Part shown: positions 52,690 through 64,000 of the stretch, in pieces
How positions within the stretch are numbered: the stretch's first letter is position 1
Layout: every line of letters begins with the position of its first letter
NCBI RefSeq assembly: GCF_006345805.1
Contig: NC_042997.1
Span: forward strand, 143,902,001 to 143,966,000
DNA length: 64,000 bases
DNA from: Octopus sinensis
Taxonomy: Eukaryota
Reading direction: 5' to 3'
Position numbers and translations under genes: made by a program
The notes under the pieces: model-generated
Database searches by the model: none
Told to the model about the DNA's origin: nothing
Seen by the model: the letters and a program-made list of their open reading frames with translations, nothing else

Positions 52690-53030
52690 CGGCAGAATTG
52701 TTAGCACGCCGAGCGAAATACTTAGCTGTATTTCATCCGCTACGTTCTGAGTTCAAATTCCGCCGAGGTCGACTTTGCCTTTCATCCTTTCGGGGTCGAT
52801 TAAATAAGTACCAGTTACGTACTGGGGTCGATATAATCGACTTAATCCGTTTGTCTGTCCTTGTTTGTCCTCTCTGTGCTTAACCCCTTGTGGTTAGTAA
52901 AGAAATATGTATTTCATCCGTCCTTACGATCTGAGTTCAAAATCCGCCAAGGCCCATTCGGCCTTTCATTCTTTGGCGTCGATAAAATAAGTACCTATTG
53001 AAAATTGGGGTGTCAATGTAACCGGCTTAA
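52690..53030 (+). mobile_element. SINE family B dimer (tail type 2 monomer plus headless monomer)
   Basis: Junction AAAGAAATA|TGTATTTC equivalent to 11080/11081 on the minus strand. Confidence 0.85.
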
Positions 53031-53179
53031 TTACTCCTGGATATGAGTATTAAAACATTTATATCCATCTGCCAAAACTGTCAAGCAAGTGTAGCTCATG
53101 AAACCAGTATAATCTCAAGCTCCAAATCACGGCCTCCACATCAGAGCGTGGTTGGGTGGAGAGAACATGCGGAAACCTT

Positions 53180-53520
53180 CGTTCTACAGTGGACTGAGCA
53201 TAGGCAATTCAATCCAATCTAATGTTCCGTATAAATTGTTACAAGTAGAGTTATGATCAATGAGGAGATTCCAGAAGGTTGAAGGTGTGGGGATTAAGAA
53301 CTGTGCATAGTAATTTGTGAGTAGAATAACGGTAGGATGGATACAACAAGAATGTTGAGTGTTGGAGAGATGATTGGGCCGAAGACGTAGATGACTAAAC
53401 AGTTCTGAGGAACAGAGGGCATTACAGAAGTAATAGAAAAGAGGAGAGGAGTGAGCGGGTGTGTAGGCGACAGTTAGACGTGTAGTTATATCTTTTTGAA
53501 CAGATATAGAAAATACGATA
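53180..53520 (-). mobile_element. CR1/Jockey-like LINE 3' fragment
   Basis: LFYYFCNALCSSEL..HP..NYYAQFLIP..STFWNLL; same type as 45100-45550. Confidence 0.6.
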
Positions 53521-54217
53521 TATGCAAATTCCAGATAGTTCAAAGAAAGGATAACTTTAAGATTACTAGTGTTTCAGAACGTTGTTGTTGCGTATATGCC
53601 GTGAAATTTAACAGTAAATTAGAAAATGGGGTCGTGATAAAAATGGAGTATTTTCTTCAACCTCCTGGTGTTGGTGCGTAATGTTAGGAATCGAAGACAT
53701 TCAAAGAATATTAGAGATTATTAGAGAAACAGCCAATTTCTAGTATATAAAAATAAAGGCTATTTGCCAACATAATGTGACTGTCTTGGAAGGGACAAGT
53801 GTTACTGTTATTTAGCCTCTGGAAACATTGTTTCCAGATGGCTATACGACACAATATCTGTGTCCTTATATTTTCGTATAGCCAGCTGGAAACGGTGTTT
53901 CCTGGGGCTACTCTCCTTATGTTGGCAAATAGCGTTTACTTTAAAGAACTGTTACTGAATATCTCTGAGAGATTTAGAAATAATAATGTTTCTATATATA
54001 TATATAAATAATCTCTTATTAATTAATTGATTAATTAATTAATTAGTAAGTTTCATTATATATTGCAATTGGTAACGGCAAGACTAACTGGAGAGCCTCA
54101 ATCATCATGTGATGCAAGGACTTTGGAAAGCATTGGTTCTTCACCGGTGTTTACAACCTGTCCTTGCAGGCAGATACACATTAACATAATGTATATGTAT
54201 GCTTTCATATCTATCTA

Positions 54218-54294
<77 letters not shown>

Positions 54295-54373
54295 CTCTTT
54301 CTCTGTCTGTCTCTTTCTTTCTTTCTTTCTTTTCTTTCTTTCTTTCTTTCTCTCTCTCTCTCTCTCTCTCGCG

Positions 54374-54440
<67 letters not shown>

Positions 54441-55290
54441 AGATAGATATCAAAATAAGCAATAAGGATATCCAGCGGTAATGCTGTACAATCGCTTCAT
54501 GCAACTCCGTTTAATTGAACAATGCAATCAATACACCAATTTAAAATGCAGAGCAATCTTCCTCTGAACAAAGACATAGAATATAATTAAATTAGAACAG
54601 ATGGATGCATTAGTATAATTATACCTAAAATCTCCAAGGAGTTAAGGAGATAGACAAAGAACATGCTGTCTTACTCCTGTTTAGAAGTTACTGAATTTTC
54701 AAGAAGATATACATTGTTTTTACTGGGTCAGTTTTAATGTATAAACTAGTTTATTAAATCCCTTGTAAATCTAAAGCTGAGAGAACAGAGGGCAGTATTT
54801 GTTAGGGGTGGGGCTGTGGGAGCAGACAGACATCATAGTTGGTATAGTCACAAAAATCAATATTTATTAAAAGCAATATCATGAGGTTTGGTAAAGGAAA
54901 ACTTAAAACAATATGTTAGCTGATAATTAAGGGGGTCGCCCACTAGCAGACCATTGATAATGAAACAGAGGAAGTCTTATCATGTAGTACTATAGTTAAA
55001 TATTTTAAACAATGTTACTATATTGTATATAGTTAAAGTTTAGGGTTATTCAAAGGATTATTAAGAAGAATATTATAACAAAAGGATAGAAATTTATGAA
55101 TACTTTTGAGTATACACCAAACTTTTACCACAATAGAGGGAGGAAATAGTTTAATATTTATACATATTGTACACTTAAATACTAACTCATCAGATGGTGT
55201 CTGTGAATATTGATTAATTGGTATATACTAGTATTAATAAAGGAGTATTAATGAAGGAGTATTAAGGTAAAGAACATGCTAATTATACAT

Positions 55291-55335
<45 letters not shown>

Positions 55336-55336
<1 letters not shown>

Positions 55337-55565
55337 TATTTCTTTACTGCCCACAAGGGGCTAAATATAGAGGTGACAAACAAGGACAGACAAAGGGATT
55401 AAGTCGATTATATCGATCCCAGTGCGTAACTAGTACTTAATTTATCGACCCCGAAAGGATGAAAGGCAAAGTCGACCTCGGCGGAATTTGAACTCAGAAC
55501 GTAACGACAAACGAAATACCGCTAAGCATTTCGCCCGGCGCGCTAACGTTTCTGCCAACTCGCCG
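55336..55565 (-). mobile_element. SINE family B, tail type 2, inserted in (GATA)n
   Basis: Full copy with (GATA)n at 55291-55335 and 55566-55593. Confidence 0.9.
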
Positions 55566-55594
55566 AGATAAATAGATAGATAGATAGATAGATA

Positions 55595-55770
55595 ATCCCT
55601 GCACAGTTTTTCTCTCTCTCTGCTTTTTCGTTCTCTCTCCATTTTTTGCCTCTCATCTCTTTCTGTTGAAAAGCGTAGGTTGAAAATATCAAAGACTTTT
55701 CCATTCAAACTAATACACCTACTTGTTGTTCACTCATCTGTTTTCGACTTTTGTTTGCTGTAACTTTGAA
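55595..55770 (+). mobile_element. PLE pLTR-like repeat with decayed CUGUUGA hammerhead (55659-55694)
   Basis: Homologous to the reverse complement of 13252-13439. Confidence 0.7.
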
Positions 55771-57094
<1,324 letters not shown>

Positions 57095-57099
57095 TCTAA

Positions 57100-57169
<70 letters not shown>

Positions 57170-57377
57170 GCATTGTGACCTCGTGTGTACCGTTGGCGAT
57201 TTTTCCCTCTGTCTTCCCTTCTCTGGATCTTTCCTTCACCTATGTTTCCGACGAAGAGCTCCGCTCAAAACGTTAAACCCTCCTTCTTTCCTTCTTTCCT
57301 GAGCGTCCAATAATACCATATTTGTTCCACGTCCTCGCGTTGTTGTGTTTTTTTTGTGCTTTCTTGTTTGGATTAAC

Positions 57378-57378
<1 letters not shown>
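57170..57378 (+). mobile_element. PLE pLTR-like repeat with minimal hammerhead carrying U4C and G12A (57244-57278)
   Basis: GUUU-CCGACGA-A-GAGC(UCC)GCUC-AAA-ACGU-U-AAAC. Confidence 0.75.
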
Positions 57379-57434
<56 letters not shown>

Positions 57435-58065
57435 CATACATACATACATACATACATACTACATACATACATACATACTCACAGATGCATTCAGACACAC
57501 ACACGTACACGCATACATACTCATATGCACACACATGTAGGCATGGTAGGGCCGGATGATTAACTCAAGATGATATTAATAGATGATAGATCGAGTAGTT
57601 GACACAATAGCAAACTTGAGTAATTTATTGCTTTTGATCCTTGAGTTAGTAGTTGTGGAGTCATCCTAACATTGAGCAGGAAAATAAAATAACTGACGAG
57701 ACAGAAGATTTCGCTATCTAATATATTCTTCCCTATTAAAACAATACAGTGTTGATTTGAGTGAAATTCGGCTACTATTTCAGCTGTGACCATGCAAACA
57801 GATGACAAGAAAACTTGTTTCGATAAGATGGTCGTATAGCATTTTGATGATACATCAGTCAAAACTGCGAAACAAAGACAGAAAATTTAACAAATTCTGT
57901 CTAGCCACTGATGGAAAATAGCAAGTAAATATACTCGAGACAAGAACCGTATCAAATTGACAATTATATGATGAGACCAAGGCAACAGACAGCTTTGAGT
58001 CTCTCATCAGAAAATAAAGATAAGCCAGTCACACATGAAATTTAAGATTTATGCCAATCTCTCTT

Positions 58066-58109
<44 letters not shown>

Positions 58110-58689
58110 CTTCTATCTCACTCGCTCTCCTTTTATTCTTTCATTCTTCGTCTTGTCTTTTCTTTTATTTCTTTCTGACTGTCTTCTTTTATTTACGAAA
58201 CAGCGAGCCTGACAAATTCTAAGAGATTGACCGAGGATGTGTTGTGTGGAGTTCGATTCAAAGCAGGCAGCAAAGGTGGGTGGTGGCTCTCTCCATGGGA
58301 ATACTACTTACAGTACTATCATTGTTATTTAGAGGAGGAAGAATAGTGAACTGCGCGAAATAGGTGAATATGCTTTTGACAAGAAACCAGAAAAAAAGGG
58401 GATGCAGTTTGGGAGGTGGAAAACCATGATGCCCGAAGGCAATCCTTTGCATATCAGACAATGGGCCACTGCGTGTAAGTCGCCGCCTTCTTTTAGGAAA
58501 ATGGGTAGGAGTTTTCATTTACTGTATCCTATATTACTAACGACAGGTTTAAAAAAAAAATATTCAAAACACACACACAAACATGTATATGTACTCACAC
58601 ACGTATACACATATATTTGTATATAATGTGCTTGTTTCACTACGCTGCAACAAACAAACTGTATATATTAAATATAAGCTATTTTAGTA

Positions 58690-58920
58690 TCATGGTTGAG
58701 ACTATAGCGAGCTATAAGTTTCTAAATGATACCAATGATTTCTGAATTCTGCTTGCAGAATTATCACTACTTAACATACATCCAAGATATTCGAGACAAG
58801 ATACATTTAACAAAGTTTTACCATACACCTTCATTTCATTTGCTTTGTTGTGTGACTTGGAAGGATAGACAATATATCTAAAGCTCGAGAGCTTTTTCGG
58901 CAATATCTTCGACAAAATTT
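58690..58920 (-). mobile_element. RTE-clade RT C-terminal fragment
   Basis: VYGKTLLNVSCLEYLGCMLSSD..SRIQKSLVSFRNL. Confidence 0.7.
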
Positions 58921-58944
58921 GTGCTTGTCTTGGAGAGACTAGAC

Positions 58945-59307
58945 GACTCCGTTAGTCACGAATGACCATGGGTGCACGTAAGAGGTTCCCCTCCGGGGTA
59001 CAAGTCTGGGTGGAAAGTCGCCTCACCAGCGTACGCACAACCTAGGGCTGTTTTTATGGAAGACCAGCAATCACCCATGCATACCAGCATCCCCTCGCCC
59101 CACCATAATGTTATCGAAGGGAAAAGCAAAGGCCTATACAGCTTGGTACCAGTGACTTCGCAACTCATTTCTACAGCTGAGTGAACTGGAGCAACGAAAT
59201 AAAGTGTCTTGCTCAAGAACACAATACGCAGCCCGGTCCAGGAATCGAACTCACAACCTTATGATCGTAAACTCGATGCTCTAACCACTGAGCCATGTGC
59301 CTTCACA
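58945..59307 (-). mobile_element. tRNA-headed SINE (family C-like head, different tail)
   Basis: TGGCTCAGTGGTTAG..GAGTTCGATTCC..CTTGAGCAAGACACTT. Confidence 0.8.
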
Positions 59308-59319
59308 ATATATGAATCA

Positions 59320-59810
59320 AGCTTAGACTATGTGAATCAAAACGAGATCAGAAAGCAAATGTTGCGAGCTTGGAAGTTCTCTTGTGACATAGTAGCCTGA
59401 GCCGGGTAGGATATGCAGTTCCTTTGATAGGCTAAAGAATGGCTGTGTACCTGTTGTATGGAGAACTATCTTTCTGGAGAAAAAGAACTCACCCATGTAA
59501 ACTGAGGTTAAGCTACAAGTGCTGTCTTAATTGTGATCTGGAGAAGAAAGTAATATTCGAGAAGAAAATTAGAAAATCGTTTCGATTGTTAAAGCAATAT
59601 GGAGAAAATATACTCAATGTGTCCATGCATTACGGAGGCAAAATTGAAACGAGATGCAAAGAAAAGAAATCTCATTCAAACTTGATGGAATTATAGATAT
59701 TCCTTCAAGCGGAATATTTAAAGAGATATCAATAATTCTTTCAAGTTTTCAACTTGTAACAGAGTTTGTCTTTATATATTTCGTCTTGTTAGCCCCTCAT
59801 GGCTACATGA
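59320..59810 (+). mobile_element. RTE-clade 3' fragment
   Basis: YLLYGELSFWRKR....LRLSYKCCLNCDL. Confidence 0.6.
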
Positions 59811-60134
59811 ACTAAAGCAAACTAATAACAAATCATCATCAGCTAAAAGGATGTGTATGTTGTATATAATAAATATTGTGTTTCTATTGGTGGTCTGAAA
59901 AGGCACATGTTCGTACACAATGCTGACTGTTATGATTCTGCATAGCATTTACCAGAGAAGAGACATTAATAATTGTCTTAAAAGATGCAAATCATTCGCT
60001 AGCCTACCTAATCATCTTCGCTTCACAATTCATTAACAAACAATGTTCATAATCATTATCAAGTTGATTTCATTCAGCTAGTAACAGTAGCAATAATAAC
60101 AACGTCTTACTACGTGGATATATGCAAAGGCATT

Positions 60135-60340
60135 GAGCTAAAAGAGTCGTTAGCACACCGGGTAAAATGCTTAGCGGCAGTTCGTCTGTCTTTGCGTTCT
60201 GAGTTCAAATAACGCCGAGGTTGACATTGCCTTTCATCCTTTCTGGGTCGATAAAATAAGTACCAGTTGAGTAATGGGGTCGATGTAATCGACTTATCCT
60301 ATTCTCCGAAATTACTGGCCTTGTGCCAATATTTAAAATC
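60135..60340 (+). mobile_element. SINE family B
   Basis: Head and core homology. Confidence 0.85.
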
Positions 60341-62378
60341 GGTTCTTGCATAAATGCGTTTCTTTGCTATTCTATTTGTATAGTATCGTAAATATATTTT
60401 TTTATGTTTTGATCAGGAGGAAAAGCAGTAACCGTTACCCTTCACAGGGCCTCCGAGAAAGATGGGAAGGAAGGAAGGAGGGAGGGAGAAAGGTATCTTC
60501 GAGAGATCTGACCAGACCCGAATGCTTTCAGCAGATTGGACTCAAGGGGCTAAGCAGGGGAGGTAAACTAGGTGACGAATTAGATAGCAGATTAAATAGT
60601 AGATTTAATCTACTATCAAAGTTGACTATGGTGTCACTTGAACAGAATGTAATAGATTGAGAAAAATACCGCACGGAATCCGGTCTGATATTCTTACAGT
60701 TTCGCTAATCCACCGTCCTGTAGTGCTATTGTGTTATCGACCCGAAAAGACAAAAAGCTAAGTTGCCATCTATGGGATTTGAATTCAGAGCTGAGAAAAC
60801 CGGAACAAATACTGTTAGAGTATTATATTTGATGCTTTAACAAATATAACAATTCACTTGTTGTATCACATATAATTCCGGCCGGTGAAGGCGCGTGGCC
60901 TAATGGTTGAGTGTTGCACTAAACTGTAAGTGGGTAACCGTGTGACTGACTGGCATTCTGATCATGGGCAATGGTGGTCTGCTGCTCTCCTAGCCAGCGG
61001 TTGGTATTATTTGATAGCTAAAGCAATGCAAAGCGCATTGTGACCAGTGATGTATAACAACATCCGATAACCTGATCGATCACATGAACCCGAGATAATT
61101 CCGACAGAGAAATATCAGTTCATACAGAAATACGTATTTTTAGAATTAAACTTATATTTTACGTATAATTAGCCAGGCAAGAGTGGCTGTCTCTTGAAGG
61201 TTCAGGAGCGAGAACTGTGGGGTACTTGTACGTCTCTTGCTGAATGTAACGCAGCTGCGCTGGAGAGAGCTTATATTTATTGCTACATCTTCCTGCCTCC
61301 ACAACAGACGCAACCCATTTTCAACCACTTAGTTGTCACATGAACTTCCAATCACTCTCAAGTATGTAGATTACTTTTGCCATAGTCTATTTGAGATTTG
61401 TTTTATAGGCGTGGTTTTATAGTTTTAGAAGCTATGTGGGAAGATAACAATTTTCATTTTTGTTAAATTTTCTTCCTTATTTTTTGTACTTTATTTCATA
61501 TTTCAAACAAAAAAAACAAAAATTCTTGTATTTTATTCGTTGTTTATTGAATTTTGTTTTTCTCGCCCATGATTTCATTATCACTTCGTTTCGTGAGAGA
61601 GTCGCTAACACGTGACATGAAGAGGCGGCATTAAATTTTGCGTGAACAATTGATTCCAGGTGACATATTGTTAAGGTGACAGAGACAGTCTAAATTCGAT
61701 GCGAAATTTCGCTCTGATCAAATTATAACCAATACGACTCGATGTTCACTCATCGATAGACATTTTCATAATTTTATTTCGGACATGATTCTTTTACATC
61801 TCTTAAAAAAGAAAAAAAAAAATAAGTGTGAAAATTGTTGAGGAAGTAGATTCCATAGATCAGTCAGCAGAGCCACTCTATTTATGGAGACAGCCAAAGA
61901 AATAAGTGACAATACTCACGCAAGGATTCTAATAAAGGAAGACAAAACTAGAGGGAAAGATATAAATAGGGAAAGTGAAAGAAAAAGAGAGAGAGATAGT
62001 AAAAGCTGTAGAAACATAGAGCGATTCAGAAACAGATGGAAAACGCAAGGACGAGCGAAAGAAGTATAGAAAGAGAAAGAAAAGGAGAAATATAGAAAGA
62101 TAGAGAAAAAGAGGAATAAAGATTGGAAAAGAAATAAGGAAGAAGAGAAAGATAGAACGAGCTAGGAAAAGAAATAGAAGAAAAGAACTAGACTAGCTCA
62201 ATACATAATCGATATATTTCCGTTTTCCTTTTTTTTTCTTTTCTTTTCGCATTGCTTTGTTTTTCTTTTAGTATATTTTTTAACATATTCTTGCTTCAAA
62301 AAAATATTTCCTGGAACACTTCTTAGAAAATTCGATATATCTTTAAATAGAAGCTTTACACACACACACACACACACG

Positions 62379-62475
<97 letters not shown>

Positions 62476-62562
62476 GTGTTGTTATTTCTTTTAATTTTAA
62501 TTTTCTGACATTTTCTTGCATCTAAAGAATCATTTAATCTTCTGTATTTTTAATATCGATTA

Positions 62563-62610
<48 letters not shown>

Positions 62611-63061
62611 GGCACAGTGTCAATTTTTGTAAAGAATGCTGCGTTTAAATCCACCCGCCACCCGTGAACAAGTTTTGTTTAGTAACGTATACCATGTTTT
62701 CGCTAATTGCTTTAGATGCCTTTGTAATTATGAACAGACACAGACACCCTCTTCCTTCACCCACCCTTTGGCCCAATGTCATATCCAGGATGTGACAGGC
62801 GGATGTAAGGAAGAGCTGCATCAGCTTTAGGCTGGTGTTCATTTTTAGCTGAGTAGACAGGAACAATGTGAAATGAAATGCTTCGGTTCTGAAATCGAAC
62901 CTACGACATTTTGATCGTTAGTTGAAAATCTTAACGTACCTTCAAGTTAAATCTATTTCGATTACCTATGAAACCCAGTGTATGGATGAAACACCATGAT
63001 ACCACCAGCGTGATTTGGATTGAAAATATCGAAGAGGAAACTAAATACTGTTAAATATATT

Positions 63062-63286
63062 TATTTCTTTATTGCCGACAGGGGGCTAAACATAGAGGGG
63101 ACAAACAAGGACAGTCAAAGGGATTAAGTCGATTACATCGACCCCAGTGCGTAACTTATTTAATCGACCCAGAAAGGATGAAAGGCAAAGTCGACCACGA
63201 AGGAATTTGAACTCAGAACGTAACGGCAGACGAAATACTGCTAGGCATTTCGCCCGGCGTGCTAGCGATTCTGCCAGCTCACCGCC
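63062..63286 (-). mobile_element. SINE family B, tail type 2, nested in an older family B copy
   Basis: Near-identical to 55336-55565. Confidence 0.9.
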
Positions 63287-64000
63287 CTATTAGCACTCTA
63301 TTGTGATTGCCACAATTCCGTCTGATCTTGGTTACTTGTTGGAGACGTAGTTTGACAGAACTGTTGAGATTCTTAGGTAGAGTATGTGTATCCTACGGGT
63401 ACACATGCGAAATTACAAGATAGAGGTATGCGAAACTTGTATATCACACTCAGAGTTGGCAAATAGTATTTATTTCAAAACCTCGTCAAATATTAATGTT
63501 TAGATGTCTTAACTTCACTTCCGAGTATCAAATAACTTAGCACGTGTGGTACGCTCTACTCGTTTTCCACTGGCCTTGTTTGCATCGGCATCGGTTAGTG
63601 CTAAAAGCCTATCAATCCAGAGTTATCTAATGCACATCAAATAAGCTTCAAGTTAAATTTTATTTTGTAAGCTATTCCATTTGTGAATCGTTAGTTTGGT
63701 TCTGTTTTTCTAGCTAACTTTTATGTTGGTAGCTTCGCTTGGTTGATAATAATGGATTAAGATATATTACAATCTGGTTTTAGTGTGTTTGTACTACATA
63801 TTTCTGTACCATATTTGTACCGTTATTTAGTTTAGCGTATCTGTGCCATATATTCATATTTGATATACACTTATATAAGGAGCATGTTTAAATGAATGTA
63901 TATATTTGATTGTATATATATATATATATATATAACAGAGCAAAGTTAGGGGTTACCGCAGCATGAATAAAAATATAAGGGAAAGAATCTGAAAATGCAG

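Noticed and set aside
57969-58012. CTGATGA on the minus strand within a hairpin (similar cases at 55188-55194 and 40671)
   Set aside because: No correctly placed GAAA or stem III.

Overview
AT-rich, repeat-saturated eukaryotic DNA. By repeat content it is very probably an octopus or other coleoid cephalopod intergenic or intronic region; this is an inference from familiarity with these repeat families. No host protein-coding gene can be supported, and almost all ORFs in the track are microsatellite read-throughs or transposon debris. The window contains several tRNA-headed SINE families, CR1-, RTE-, R4/Dong- and L1/Tx1-type LINE fragments, mariner elements and MITEs, hAT and Tigger MITEs, and many Penelope-like (PLE) fragments. 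Highlights: (1) a 459-bp-period direct repeat in (TA)n at 30814-31560 carrying an intact type I hammerhead ribozyme fold, a retrozyme or mini-PLE candidate; (2) several more intact, variant or decayed hammerhead motifs in PLE terminal repeats, including a family fixed for a CUGUUGA core; (3) a young Tx1 element in (TATC)n whose 3' end is shared by a SINE subfamily, one copy of which sits in the same microsatellite; (4) a roughly 220-bp compound-microsatellite duplication around a 550-bp element. All coordinates and alignments were read by eye, so the boundaries of old elements are approximate.
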